From: a virus | Strand: one strand, 5' to 3' | Length of the DNA: 64,000 nt | IMG/VR virus record: IMGVR_UViG_3300027736_000021 | Shown: piece by piece, positions 1-10,425 of the stretch | How the letters are laid out: each line of letters begins with the position of its first letter | Numbering within the stretch: position 1 is the stretch's first letter | Notes under the pieces: model-generated | Seen by the model: the letters and a program-made list of their open reading frames with translations, nothing else | Databases searched by the model: none | What the model was told of the DNA's origin: nothing | Translations under genes and position numbers: made by a program

Positions 1-1
1 A

Positions 2-724
2 ATCATACTGATGGGTTCTATCCTTGAGATTGCAAAGCTAGTAACAGTATCTTGGCTATATAATAATTGGGCAGAAACAAATCGCCTGATGAAATATTAT
101 TTCTCAATTGCAATTATTCTTTTGATGTTGATTACCAGCATGGGTATCTTTGGTTACCTATCACGAGCTCACATTGAATCAAATGTGGTTGTTGGTGCTA
201 ATACAGTTCAATTAAAGACCATAGAAACACAAGAGAAGATTGCTCGTGATAAATTAGAATATCTTTTGAAACGAGCAGGTGACCCAACAACAGCAACTAA
301 TAAGATTGACAAAGAAATTCAAACCACACAAAATGAATTGAATCGTTTATCAAAAGAAAAGTTGCCGTTAATGAAAGAAGAAAACAAGTTGACGGCAGAG
401 ATTGGGCCAATTAAATACATCGCCGAAATATTCTATAACAAAGATGATCCTAGTTTCATAGATAAAGCTGTAAGGTTAGTTATCTTTACTATTATCATTG
501 TCTTTGATCCACTTGCCATTCTGTTATTAATTGCCGCAAATCAAACTTATAAACGAATAAGACAAAAACAAGATGGTGATATTATTCCTATGAAAAAGGC
601 AAAGAAGAAGAAAAAGGTTGACAACACAGCCTCAAATACATTAGAATCCTTTTATGTAGATGGCGAAATGCATGAAGTGATACCCAAATCCAAAATTACG
701 ACACTTGATGGAGGTCAGTTTTAA
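2..724 (+). CDS. Conserved T4-like membrane protein with coiled coil (5' end probably outside window)
   Basis: Frame open from window start; N-terminal TM helices, central coiled coil, C-terminal TM with FDPLAILLLIA. Confidence 0.6.
   Translation: MILMGSILEIAKLVTVSWLYNNWAETNRLMKYYFSIAIILLMLITSMGIFGYLSRAHIESNVVVGANTVQLKTIETQEKIARDKLEYLLKRAGDPTTATNKIDKEIQTTQNELNRLSKEKLPLMKEENKLTAEIGPIKYIAEIFYNKDDPSFIDKAVRLVIFTIIIVFDPLAILLLIAANQTYKRIRQKQDGDIIPMKKAKKKKKVDNTASNTLESFYVDGEMHEVIPKSKITTLDGGQF
618..647 (+). promoter_or_regulatory. Sigma70-type promoter upstream of uvsX
   Basis: TTGACA-N18-TAGAAT about 80 nt before the uvsX ATG. Confidence 0.45.
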
Positions 725-725
725 T

Positions 726-1790
726 ATGAGTTTACTTGAGAAGATTAAAAAGAATTCAACAATTAAAGATAGTGCAATTCTATCCAAATCTAAATTCTTT
801 ACAGACAAAGATATGGTACCAACCGATGTGCCAATGATTAATGTGGCATTAAGTGGTAAATTAGATGGTGGTATTATTCCAGGCTTAACAATGTGGGCCG
901 GGCCATCTAAACATTTTAAAACGGCATTTAGTTTATTAATGGCTAAAGCGTATATGGACAAATACAAAGATGCCGTTCTTTTATTCTATGATTCAGAGTT
1001 TGGTACACCTATCAAATACTTTGAAACATTTGAGATTGACATGGACAGAGTGTTGCATACTCCATTGACTGACATTGAACAGTTGAAGTTTGATATCATG
1101 CAACAACTTCAAGAAGTGAATCGTGGTGATAAACTGATTATTATCCTTGATTCTATTGGCAATCTGGCATCAAAGAAAGAAGTTGAAGATGCTCTTGAAG
1201 GTAAATCAGTTGCAGATATGAGCCGTGCTAAACAAGTTAAGAGTTTGTTCCGCATGGTCACACCACACTTAAATCTAAAAGATATTTCATTGGTTGTTGT
1301 GAATCATACTTACAAAGAGATTGGTATGTTCCCTAAAGATATCGTTGGTGGTGGTACAGGTTCTTATTACTCTGCTGATAACATTTATATTCTTGGTCGT
1401 CAACAAGAAAAAACTGGAACAGAAATTACTGGTTACAATTTTATTATCAATGTGGAGAAATCTCGTTATGTTAAAGAAAAGTCTAAGATTCCTATCAGCG
1501 TATCTTTTGATGGTGGTATCCAAAAGTATTCTGGCCTTGTGGATATTGCCATTGAAGGCGGGTTTCTTTCTAAACCATCTCCGGGTTGGTATGCAAAGGT
1601 TGACCAAAAAAGTGGAGAAATAGGTGACAAAGTAAGATTTGAAGCTACTCAAACGGATGACTTCATGTTGCCATTATTGAAAGATGAAAAGTTCAAAGAG
1701 TATGTAAATCAAAAATATGGAATCGCTTATGGAAACATTATGGGAGAAAGTAACCCAATTCTTTTACAAGAAGAAGAAGATGCCGCTTGA
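726..1790 (+). CDS. uvsX: RecA-like recombinase UvsX
   Basis: AGPSKHFKT Walker A, FYDSEFG, LDSIGNLASKKE, GGGTGSYYSAD motifs of T4 UvsX. Confidence 0.97.
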   Translation: MSLLEKIKKNSTIKDSAILSKSKFFTDKDMVPTDVPMINVALSGKLDGGIIPGLTMWAGPSKHFKTAFSLLMAKAYMDKYKDAVLLFYDSEFGTPIKYFETFEIDMDRVLHTPLTDIEQLKFDIMQQLQEVNRGDKLIIILDSIGNLASKKEVEDALEGKSVADMSRAKQVKSLFRMVTPHLNLKDISLVVVNHTYKEIGMFPKDIVGGGTGSYYSADNIYILGRQQEKTGTEITGYNFIINVEKSRYVKEKSKIPISVSFDGGIQKYSGLVDIAIEGGFLSKPSPGWYAKVDQKSGEIGDKVRFEATQTDDFMLPLLKDEKFKEYVNQKYGIAYGNIMGESNPILLQEEEDAA

Positions 1791-2091
1791 AGGTAAAGAT
1801 TTTAAGTTCATCGACTTTACTAACTCTGAAATCACCGGCCTACAAATCTTAGAAGGTGAGTATGCTGGTGTTGTTTACCATTATGGTAAAGTGAGAGTAG
1901 TACCTCAAGGAGAAATGGGTGTGTTGCAATTTGGATATACGATTGTGAATCCAGGTAAACACGACATTGATGACTTGACAAAAGATGAAAACTTCTCTAC
2001 AATGATGGGTGATATACTAACTGAAATCTTAACGAAACAACAATATGAAACGCTTAGAAAAGACGATAATCAAGAATTTGATATACAATGA
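1780..2091 (+). CDS. Small protein in the gp40 position (head vertex assembly chaperone-like)
   Basis: Synteny uvsX-40-41; about 103 aa, beta-rich. Confidence 0.5.
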   Translation: MPLEGKDFKFIDFTNSEITGLQILEGEYAGVVYHYGKVRVVPQGEMGVLQFGYTIVNPGKHDIDDLTKDENFSTMMGDILTEILTKQQYETLRKDDNQEFDIQ

Positions 2092-3445
2092 GGAGTATGC
2101 TCGTAAAGTTATTCCATTTATTAGACCAGAGTATTTCTCCGATATCAATGAAAGAAATGTATTCAAAGAAGTTCAAGATTTTGCCAACAAATACAAAACA
2201 CTACCCACACACGAAGCTCTTGTAATTAATTTCACAGAAAGTAAAAATCTTTCTGAATCTGAAGTTAAGACAGCAATTGACATTCTCAATGAAGTTCACG
2301 ATGACAAAGACCCATCTGAGCAACAATGGCTTGTAGAACACACAGAGAAGTTCTGCCAAGATAAAGCAATCTATAATGCCATCATGGAATCTGTTGGCAT
2401 CCTTGATGATAAATCTGGTAAGAAAGCCAAAGGTGAAATACCAAAACTCCTGAGTGATGCTCTTGGAGTTTCATTTGACAATTCTGTTGGTCACGATTAT
2501 CTAAATGATTATGATGACCGATATGATTTCTATCATCGTGTTGAATCTCGTATTCGCTTTGACCTTGATTTGTTCAACAAAATCACCAAAGGTGGTTTCC
2601 CAATCAAAACTCTAAACATCGCACTTGCTGGTACTGGTGTTGGTAAATCATTGTTCATGTGTCATTGTGCTGCCAGTTCTATCAGTCAAGGCCATAATGT
2701 GTTGTATATCACAATGGAAATGGCCGAAGAAAAAATTGCAGAGCGTATTGATGCAAACCTAATGAACATTGACCTAAATGAATTGCAAACCATTTCTAAG
2801 TCCGAGTATGAAAGAAAGTTTGAGATTCTTAAATCAAAGACACATGGTAAATTAATCATCAAAGAATACCCAACTGCAGCTGCTCATGCAGGCCACTTCC
2901 GTTCTTTGTTAAATGAATTGAAGTTAAAGAAAAACTTCACACCAGATATTGTCTTTATTGATTATCTAAACATCTGTTGTTCTTCTCGTATCAAAATGGG
3001 TGGTAGTGTGAACACCTATTCTTACATCAAATCTATTGCAGAAGAACTCCGTGGTCTGGCTGTTGAGTTTAATGTTCCTGTTGTAAGTGCAACACAAACA
3101 ACAAGGAGTGGCTTCACAAGTACCGATGTTGGTCTTGAAGATACTTCCGAATCGTTTGGTCTGCCTGCAACTGCTGACTTTATGTTTGCTTTGATTTCAA
3201 CTGAAGAACTTGAGCAACTTAATCAAATGATGGTTAAACAGTTGAAGAATCGTTATGGTGACCCTAATGTATATAAACGATTTGTGATTGGTGTTGATAG
3301 ATCCAAAATGAGATTGTATGATGCCGAGCAATCAGCACAAAATGATATCACTGATTCTGGCCAAGAAATTGAAGATAAACCGCTAAATACATTTGGTAAC
3401 CGTGAACGCAGGCTCAACAATAAGTTTGACAGTTTCAAGGTATGA
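2045..3445 (+). CDS. 41: Replicative DnaB-like helicase gp41
   Basis: AGTGVGKS Walker A, YITMEMAEE, IDYLNIC, SATQTTRSG, ESFGLPATADF, KQLKNRY. Confidence 0.97.
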   Translation: MKRLEKTIIKNLIYNEEYARKVIPFIRPEYFSDINERNVFKEVQDFANKYKTLPTHEALVINFTESKNLSESEVKTAIDILNEVHDDKDPSEQQWLVEHTEKFCQDKAIYNAIMESVGILDDKSGKKAKGEIPKLLSDALGVSFDNSVGHDYLNDYDDRYDFYHRVESRIRFDLDLFNKITKGGFPIKTLNIALAGTGVGKSLFMCHCAASSISQGHNVLYITMEMAEEKIAERIDANLMNIDLNELQTISKSEYERKFEILKSKTHGKLIIKEYPTAAAHAGHFRSLLNELKLKKNFTPDIVFIDYLNICCSSRIKMGGSVNTYSYIKSIAEELRGLAVEFNVPVVSATQTTRSGFTSTDVGLEDTSESFGLPATADFMFALISTEELEQLNQMMVKQLKNRYGDPNVYKRFVIGVDRSKMRLYDAEQSAQNDITDSGQEIEDKPLNTFGNRERRLNNKFDSFKV

Positions 3446-4038
3446 AACACAAAATACTTTACGACAAGTTACATTCTTATTCTCACCGATTCTGTGGTGA
3501 AAAAACTCTCAATCAAGTAATTTATTGGACTAGAAGAATGTTGGCTGAGCATAAAGTCAGAGTAAAAAAATATATTGATAAGACCAATACATCATATAGT
3601 ATTCTTTGTGTTGGTGGTTATTATGACCCAACAATTTATGATGGTAAAGATATTGAAATGTTTATTTCTTTTAATGAAAATGAAAAAGATGTATCATTTA
3701 AGCTTGAAGAACCAACTGTAAAGGTTTTTATTGATGAAGTATTCAAAACATTGGTGCATGAAAAAAGGCATCGTTATCAATTTCGCCAAAGAGGCAATAA
3801 CTTTGGTAAACAATACAGAAGTAATGTAGAGGATAAAACATTGAAGGTTCAACTAGAGTATTACGGTGACGATGATGAGATAGATGCCTATGCACAAGAG
3901 GCAGTAATAGAGATGCGGTTACATGGCAACTCCCACTCTAAGGAAATGTATCAGATTTTATTTGCAAAAACAGACCCGGTAGTGTATAATAGATTTTTAA
4001 AGAAATTCATTAAATACAATCAGAAAATTACACTATGA
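3442..4038 (+). CDS. Zincin-like (HExxH) metallopeptidase-fold protein
   Basis: LVHEKRH followed by YY..DEIDAYA third-ligand motif. Confidence 0.55.
   Translation: MKHKILYDKLHSYSHRFCGEKTLNQVIYWTRRMLAEHKVRVKKYIDKTNTSYSILCVGGYYDPTIYDGKDIEMFISFNENEKDVSFKLEEPTVKVFIDEVFKTLVHEKRHRYQFRQRGNNFGKQYRSNVEDKTLKVQLEYYGDDDEIDAYAQEAVIEMRLHGNSHSKEMYQILFAKTDPVVYNRFLKKFIKYNQKITL
3962..3990 (+). promoter_or_regulatory. Sigma70-type promoter upstream of DUF4338 gene
   Basis: TTGCAA-N17-TATAAT, 45 nt before ATG 4035. Confidence 0.45.
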
Positions 4039-5153
4039 AATTAAATAAAGAACAAGCCATATATTGTGCCAAATACATGGAAGATTATTACCATCATTTT
4101 GACCGCATTGATGATTATATGCGTAGTCAAAAAATGGGACAAATTGCAGAGATGCCTGTTTGTTTACCAGGATGTGGGCCTGAAGAAGATTTGTTCTCTG
4201 ATTTCACCATTCATCCAGACGATATGGAGTTTGAATTGGTTGATATTGGTTCTTCTCGTTGGTTAGATTATATCTCCGTTATTTCTTCTCACCTAATCTC
4301 TCGTAGTGTTCCCGGTCGCATAGTTCAGTTTGCTGTATTTGAAAAGAACACAAAGAAGATTGTTGGTTTCATTCGCCTTGGTTCTCCCGTCATCAATATG
4401 AAACCTCGTAATGAAATGCTTGGTCAAGTATTCACACAGAGCAAAGAAGCCGCAAGAAACTTTAATAACTCGGCTGCAATGGGTTTCACCATTGTTCCTG
4501 CTCAACCATTTGGTTTCAATTATCTTGGTGGTAAATTACTTGCCGCTATGTGTTGTTCTCATGAATTGCGTGGAGTTATGAACAAAAAGTATGGTATGAA
4601 TCTCTGCTTGTTTGAAACAACCAGTCTGTATGGTTCTTCAAAGACAGTATCACAGTATGATGGTATGAAACCATATCTCCGTTTCAAAGGTCTAACTGAT
4701 AGTAACTTTGTACCAATGCTTGACGGGGATGCCTACAAGAAACTTAAAGACTATGTTGAGGCTGCAACAGGTGAACAATTGGTTGATCCATCCGATTCAA
4801 GTAAGAAACTCAAAGCAACAATAAAAGTTATTAGTATGGTTAAGATGGCACTAAAAGGTGAACCTGAACTCACACGATTCAATGAAGTGATTGATAAGGC
4901 TAAAGGTCTTACTGAAAGAAAACGATACTATATCTCCAACTATGGTTTCAAAAACTTTATTGAAGTGGTTAATGGCACAGAAACAGAGTTGGTTCCTGAC
5001 CCCGAAAACTATGAAAAGTTTCACATGAAAAACATCGTGGAATGGTGGAAAAAGAAAGCATCCAATCGTTTTGAAACATTAAAGAACGATGGCCGTATCA
5101 GAACCGAGATGGAAGTATGGTCTGGCGATAAAGAGATTGACATTATCCGTTAG
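4035..5153 (+). CDS. DUF4338 / DruA-like protein (GNAT/Mom-related fold)
   Basis: GFIRLGSP, FNYLGGKLLA, ETTSLYG, SQYDG motifs recognised from T4-like DUF4338 proteins. Confidence 0.7.
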   Translation: MKLNKEQAIYCAKYMEDYYHHFDRIDDYMRSQKMGQIAEMPVCLPGCGPEEDLFSDFTIHPDDMEFELVDIGSSRWLDYISVISSHLISRSVPGRIVQFAVFEKNTKKIVGFIRLGSPVINMKPRNEMLGQVFTQSKEAARNFNNSAAMGFTIVPAQPFGFNYLGGKLLAAMCCSHELRGVMNKKYGMNLCLFETTSLYGSSKTVSQYDGMKPYLRFKGLTDSNFVPMLDGDAYKKLKDYVEAATGEQLVDPSDSSKKLKATIKVISMVKMALKGEPELTRFNEVIDKAKGLTERKRYYISNYGFKNFIEVVNGTETELVPDPENYEKFHMKNIVEWWKKKASNRFETLKNDGRIRTEMEVWSGDKEIDIIR

Positions 5154-5162
5154 TTGTGATAG

Positions 5163-5170
5163 GATAAATA
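5163..5170 (+). promoter_or_regulatory. T4-type late promoter variant
   Basis: GATAAATA in intergenic gap, 25 nt before ATG with GGAG SD. Confidence 0.55.
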
Positions 5171-5195
5171 CTCTAATAAACAAATGGAGTATTAG

Positions 5196-6674
5196 ATGTC
5201 GAAATTGACCGCAGATGAGTTTTTTAAATTGCCAAATGCAAAAAGACCAGACAGAAGAAAAATTCTTTTAGCTGCTATCAATTCAAATAAAGGACTAGAA
5301 GTTTATCTTAGTGGCAATAAAGAAACAGTAATGACATTTCCAAAAGCTAAGAATACTAATTCCATTAAACAAATTCAAAATCTTAAAATTGGAGATAAAA
5401 CAACATTTGGTATTATTAGATTGACGGGTTCTGATGGTAAACCATATAAGATATCAGATATTAAAAAGAGTAAAGAATTTGGTGGTGGTGGAGGTAGTCG
5501 AGGCGGTTCAGATTTAACAGCATTGACCGAAAGTGGCCAATGTTATGTTGCATCATTAGTTTTTAATGTTAAGAAAAAAGCAATTAAGTGGGAAGATTTA
5601 ACATATGAAGATTTAGTGACAGCTGCTAAATATGTTGATACTGGTAAAACTACATTAGATGATGTGTTAAATGAAAGTCCTTCTGAATGGGTGCAATCTT
5701 ATGTTAAAGTTGCAAATTATCTTTATGCAAACTATAAGATGAAATCAGGAAAAACAGTATATTTTCATAGAGATTCGGAGTTTCATAAAAAAATATTTGA
5801 ATATAAAAAAGAATGTTTAGCAGCAGATAAAGCAAGCAATACACCGCAAGCACCAGGTTCATTTGGTGATGATAAATGGAATCCTGGTGATATTTGGATG
5901 ACGACATTTGGAAAATCACAAACTTCATTACCAAAATTACCGTCAGATAGTTGGTCAGCACTCAATAAAGAAATTTATAATTTAGCGGGTAAAGGTTCTT
6001 CAACAAATAGAGAATTATTAGGTGTATCATTAAAGAAAATTGAAAGAGCTGTTAAATCTGATGAGTATAATATACCAGGAACAAAAAAGAGTACCTATAA
6101 ATTTAATGGCTTTGTTGTTAGTCCAGAAAGAATAAGTAAAGGACAATTACCATTCTTCTCATCAATAGATTGTTATCTTTATATTGGCGATGGCAGAGTC
6201 CAGTTTCGTGCAACAAGTGGTAGTGCAAGCAAACCATCATGGCAAGGTGAGATATCAGGTTCAACTGCCGCTGGTGGTAAAGTGGGCGGTGGTAATGTAA
6301 ACATTTATTTGAAAAATAATTATGGTGAAGGAATTTTTAGAGAGTCTGAATCAGAACTTGTAAACAAAGTTAATACGCCTGCTTTTTATACAGAGTTTTA
6401 CGGAATGTATAAGAAATTATTTAAAAATGCAAATTATATAACTTATAATAAATCTGATATGGGAGAAATGGTATCAGAAATAGATTTTAAAAAGATGGCA
6501 AAAGCTAGAGCAAAAGAAACGGAATCATTTATTATTTCAAAATATATGTGTATGAAGATGATTGATATAATGATGAGTGATATAACAAAATTAAATTCAT
6601 TTTCAACTGATGTTTTTCTATATGGCGCATCCAACACTAACCAGAGTTCATACTTTGTAAAAATATATGAGTAA
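5196..6674 (+). CDS. Hypothetical protein, possible PD-(D/E)xK-like nuclease domain
   Basis: TESGQC...DKWNPGDIW...GVSLKK pattern. Confidence 0.45.
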   Translation: MSKLTADEFFKLPNAKRPDRRKILLAAINSNKGLEVYLSGNKETVMTFPKAKNTNSIKQIQNLKIGDKTTFGIIRLTGSDGKPYKISDIKKSKEFGGGGGSRGGSDLTALTESGQCYVASLVFNVKKKAIKWEDLTYEDLVTAAKYVDTGKTTLDDVLNESPSEWVQSYVKVANYLYANYKMKSGKTVYFHRDSEFHKKIFEYKKECLAADKASNTPQAPGSFGDDKWNPGDIWMTTFGKSQTSLPKLPSDSWSALNKEIYNLAGKGSSTNRELLGVSLKKIERAVKSDEYNIPGTKKSTYKFNGFVVSPERISKGQLPFFSSIDCYLYIGDGRVQFRATSGSASKPSWQGEISGSTAAGGKVGGGNVNIYLKNNYGEGIFRESESELVNKVNTPAFYTEFYGMYKKLFKNANYITYNKSDMGEMVSEIDFKKMAKARAKETESFIISKYMCMKMIDIMMSDITKLNSFSTDVFLYGASNTNQSSYFVKIYE

Positions 6675-7896
6675 ATTTTTAGAGTTTATAACAGAAGGTA
6701 AAGAAGGCAAGAATGTTCACCTTGAGCATATTGAAGATGAATTGCTCAATCGTGGTGTAGCAGGTGGCCGAGAAGCAATTAATTTTCTCCGTTCTCTCCG
6801 TGATATGCTTGCTGGTCAATCACAATCTCATGTGAATGTAACAACAAAATGGGACGGTGCACCAGCAATATTTGTTGGTACCAATCCTGAGAATGGTAAA
6901 TTCTTTGTTGGTACTAAGGGTGTGTTTGCTAAAAATGCAAAACTAAATTATACAGATAAAGACATTGACAAAAATCACCCAGCCGAAGGTCTGAATGATA
7001 AGTTGAAAGTTGCATTACGTTATCTACCAAAACTTGGTATCAAAGGTGTATTGCAAGGCGATATGATGTTTTCAAAAAGTGATTTGAAAAAAGAAACCAT
7101 AGATGGTGAAAAATATATTACCTTTCAACCAAACACAATCGTCTATGCCATTCCTGCTGATTCAAAACTAGCACAGTCAATGATGGCTGCACAATTAGGC
7201 GTGGTGTTTCATACATCATACACAGGCAAAACCATATCTGATATGAAGGCATCATTCAATGTGGATATTGGTAAGTTATCTACAACCAAAGATGTTTGGT
7301 TTCGTGATGCTTCGTTTGTTGATGCTTCTGGTACTGCCACATTTACTGAAGATGAAACAAAAGAAATTACAAGAGTGTTATCACAGGCAGGTTCTTTATT
7401 TCAACAGATTAATCCATTGGCATTGAATCGCATTTCAGCCAATGAAACAATTCTAATGCAGATTAAAACATTCAATAATAGTAAGGTGCGTGAAGGTCAG
7501 GCAATTAAGAATACAACAGCACACACTAATGAATTGATTAAAACAATTGAAACAAAATTGAATCAATCTGTTCTTGAAGCCAAATTAGAAAAAACCAAAA
7601 AAGAAAGAATTGCAAAGAAGAATGAAATCATGCGGTTCTATCGTAGTAATGCTGCCGAACTTAAAAAGATATTTGATTTACAGAATTTATTTGTTGATGC
7701 TAAACTAATGATTGTTCGTAAATTGGAAACCATTCGTGATGTAGGCACATTCATTCGCACAGACAATGGATTTAGAATTACTGCACCAGAAGGTTTCGTA
7801 GCCGTTGACCGAATTAAAGGTAACGCTATGAAGTTAATAGATAGATTAGAATTCTCACAAGCAAATTTTACTGCTGCAAAAAATTGGAGTAAATAA
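6667..7896 (+). CDS. DUF6267-like ATP-dependent ligase-fold nucleotidyltransferase, probably head-packaged
   Basis: TTKWDG (motif I KxDG), LQGD, PEGFVAV (motif IV), MKL (motif V); N-terminal MSKFLEFITE capsid-targeting-like leader. Confidence 0.65.
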   Translation: MSKFLEFITEGKEGKNVHLEHIEDELLNRGVAGGREAINFLRSLRDMLAGQSQSHVNVTTKWDGAPAIFVGTNPENGKFFVGTKGVFAKNAKLNYTDKDIDKNHPAEGLNDKLKVALRYLPKLGIKGVLQGDMMFSKSDLKKETIDGEKYITFQPNTIVYAIPADSKLAQSMMAAQLGVVFHTSYTGKTISDMKASFNVDIGKLSTTKDVWFRDASFVDASGTATFTEDETKEITRVLSQAGSLFQQINPLALNRISANETILMQIKTFNNSKVREGQAIKNTTAHTNELIKTIETKLNQSVLEAKLEKTKKERIAKKNEIMRFYRSNAAELKKIFDLQNLFVDAKLMIVRKLETIRDVGTFIRTDNGFRITAPEGFVAVDRIKGNAMKLIDRLEFSQANFTAAKNWSK

Positions 7897-8177
7897 TGGC
7901 TGATATCAAATATGACCTCAACCTAATAATGAAAGAATATGGTGATGATGATTTTGGTTTCACCGCAATGGATGAAGAAGAATATACAGATGTTATTGCA
8001 GAGAAAGAAGAAACAGTAGAAGAATACAAGGCAAGATTACAACAGGTAGAAAAGTTAATTCTTCCATTTCTTACCAAACTATTACAGACGGCAGACCAAC
8101 CAATTATTAAATGGCCTAACCGTAAAGCAACACTAGAAACGCAGATTCAAAAGATTCTGAATCTTACCAGAGGTTAA
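7896..8177 (+). CDS. Conserved T4-like hypothetical protein
   Basis: DDFGFT...IKWPNR motif; coupled to neighbours. Confidence 0.6.
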   Translation: MADIKYDLNLIMKEYGDDDFGFTAMDEEEYTDVIAEKEETVEEYKARLQQVEKLILPFLTKLLQTADQPIIKWPNRKATLETQIQKILNLTRG

Positions 8178-8178
8178 T

Positions 8179-8535
8179 ATGTCGGTTCAAAGAGTATTTT
8201 GGATTAAACAAACACTAAAACAATTGGATGAAGCCGCATATTCAGGCAATATTGGTGTGATGGAACTATTTAAGTTTCACCAAAAGGCTTCACAAAAGCA
8301 AAAAGATGTGTTACAATCACATATTAAAAGTAAGAAACATAAAGAAGCATGGAAGTTGGTACAAGATGTAACTGGAGTGAAACTACATAAGAGTGTAAGT
8401 GAAGCAATTAGTCCAGACATTTTGCCTAAATCTGGTGCAGGTGCAGAAGGTACCAATAAATTGGCAAACACTTATAAGAAAGACACGCCAGGTCAAAACA
8501 TTACCAAGTTTAAGGACTACAAGCGATATAAGTAA
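8179..8535 (+). CDS. Hypothetical basic protein with prohead-protease-like sites
   Basis: LDE|A and VSE|A sites; GAGAEGT...YKKDTPGQ module. Confidence 0.55.
   Translation: MSVQRVFWIKQTLKQLDEAAYSGNIGVMELFKFHQKASQKQKDVLQSHIKSKKHKEAWKLVQDVTGVKLHKSVSEAISPDILPKSGAGAEGTNKLANTYKKDTPGQNITKFKDYKRYK
8527..8534 (+). promoter_or_regulatory. T4-type late promoter variant heading the glycan cluster
   Basis: TATAAGTA (one mismatch to TATAAATA), 24 nt before ATG 8559. Confidence 0.45.
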
Positions 8536-8558
8536 TATATTAACTGATTGGAAATATT

Positions 8559-9404
8559 ATGAAAGATTTGATTATAGGATGTACCACGAATTATGATTGG
8601 AGTAAACTGAAGTATTGGGTTAACTCTATCAACAAATCAGGTTATAAAGGCGAGAAAGTTATGGTCGCCTTTAACATTGATTATGAAACCATCAAACGGC
8701 TATCTGATGCCGGATTTCAGGTCATTTTGCCTGGAAAAGCAAACGACACCACACAACGATATGAATACCAATCATCGTTGCCTGTCCATGTAGAGCGCTT
8801 TGTTCACATCTACAATTACCTACAATCACATGATGCTTATCGGTTTGTTATTACTACCGATGTTAAAGATGTAATCTTTCAGGAAGACCCAACAAAATAC
8901 CTTGGCATGGAATTACCAGGTGCTAAGCTGATGTTTGCTTCCGAATCAATGAAATACAAAGATGAACCATGGGGTAACCAAAACTTAATTGAAACATTTG
9001 GTCCCTTCTTCCATGAAAGATTCAAAGACAATACAATCTACAATGTAGGCGTTTTGGCAGGTCGTGGTGAAGCGATGAGAGATTTGTGTGCGATGATATT
9101 TGTTATGTCAGTAAATCGACCTATACCAATTGTGGATCAATCCACATTTAACTTTATGATTTCACAAGAGCCATATAAATCTGTGGCAAGATACATGAAG
9201 TCAGAAGATGGATGGGCTGCACAATTAGGCACAACTGCCGACCCAAGTAAGATTAACGAATTCAAACCATTCTTGCTTGAACCATCACCAATTATGAAAG
9301 ACGGCAAAGTTGCAACTTCAACAGGAAAAGACTTTACAATTGTTCATCAATATGATAGAGTACCAGAATGGAAAAAGGTTATAGAGGAAAAATATAATGA
9401 CTAA
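8559..9404 (+). CDS. GT-A fold glycosyltransferase-like protein
   Basis: ITTDVKDVIFQ, YNVGVLAG, VDQSTFN, IVHQYDR. Confidence 0.7.
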   Translation: MKDLIIGCTTNYDWSKLKYWVNSINKSGYKGEKVMVAFNIDYETIKRLSDAGFQVILPGKANDTTQRYEYQSSLPVHVERFVHIYNYLQSHDAYRFVITTDVKDVIFQEDPTKYLGMELPGAKLMFASESMKYKDEPWGNQNLIETFGPFFHERFKDNTIYNVGVLAGRGEAMRDLCAMIFVMSVNRPIPIVDQSTFNFMISQEPYKSVARYMKSEDGWAAQLGTTADPSKINEFKPFLLEPSPIMKDGKVATSTGKDFTIVHQYDRVPEWKKVIEEKYND

Positions 9405-10425
9405 AAGAGTATTAATTACAGGTGGTGCAGGCTTCATTGCACATCACTTGATTGAAACAATCCTTGATACAACAGATTGGACAATCGTATCACTTGACCG
9501 ATTAGATTTCTCTGGCAATCTAAATCGCCTTGAAGATATTATGAAGAAGTATTCACCTGAGCAGAAGAAACGGGTTGAGATTGTGTTCCATGATTTGCGT
9601 GCTGAAATTAATCCACAGACTTCAGGTTTAATTGGTGATGTTCAATTAGTATTGCACCTTGCAGCTGGTTCTCATGTAGACCGCTCAATTGAATTTCCAA
9701 TGGAGTTTGTGCAAGACAATGTAATCGGTACAGTTAATCTATTAAACTATGCTCGCACATTAAAGAACTTAGAAAAGTTTGTTTACTTCAGCACAGATGA
9801 AGTGTTTGGTCCCGCACCAGAAGGCGTAGATTACAAAGAAAGAGACCGTTACAATGCTACGAATCCATATTCAGCATCTAAGGCGGCAGGTGAAGAAATG
9901 TGTGTTGCATTTGAGAACACATACAATATGCCAATCATTGTTACACATACAATGAATGTGTTTGGTGAACGCCAACATCCTGAGAAGTTTATTCCTAAGG
10001 CCATTCGGTATGCTCGTGATGGTGAAACACTTACTATTCACTCTGATAGAAGCAAAACAAAGGCAGGCTCACGCCACTATGTTCATGCTAAAGATGTTGC
10101 AGATGGTTTAATGTTTATTCTAAACCTGCCTGAAGATTATGCTCGTATTCCAGATTTTGGTGGTGCGAAGATTCCTAAGTTTAATATTGTGGGACCAGAT
10201 GAAGTAGATAACTTAGAATTGGCTAAATTAATTGCAGAAGCACAAAACAAGGAGTTAAAATATGAAATGGTTGACTTTCATTCATCCAGACCTGGCCACG
10301 ATTTACGCTACGCTTTGTCTGGTGATTATATGGAATCTTTAGGATGGAAACCAAAGATTTCTTTGCGTGACCGCATTAAAGGTATGGTTCAATGGTCGTT
10401 AGAAAATGATAAGTGGCTCAAATGA
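9397..10425 (+). CDS. rfbB: dTDP-glucose 4,6-dehydratase
   Basis: TGGAGFI, HLAAGSHVDRSI, STDEVFG, YSASK, RPGHDLRYA. Confidence 0.93.
   Translation: MTKRVLITGGAGFIAHHLIETILDTTDWTIVSLDRLDFSGNLNRLEDIMKKYSPEQKKRVEIVFHDLRAEINPQTSGLIGDVQLVLHLAAGSHVDRSIEFPMEFVQDNVIGTVNLLNYARTLKNLEKFVYFSTDEVFGPAPEGVDYKERDRYNATNPYSASKAAGEEMCVAFENTYNMPIIVTHTMNVFGERQHPEKFIPKAIRYARDGETLTIHSDRSKTKAGSRHYVHAKDVADGLMFILNLPEDYARIPDFGGAKIPKFNIVGPDEVDNLELAKLIAEAQNKELKYEMVDFHSSRPGHDLRYALSGDYMESLGWKPKISLRDRIKGMVQWSLENDKWLK

Noticed and set aside
634-647. Identical 14-mer AAATACATTAGAAT upstream of uvsX and rnh (54908-54921) as a middle-promoter motif
   Set aside because: Only two copies noticed, and an AT-rich 14-mer match is plausible by chance in 64 kb
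4035-5153. Complete Druantia defence system
   Set aside because: No DruE helicase or other dru genes nearby
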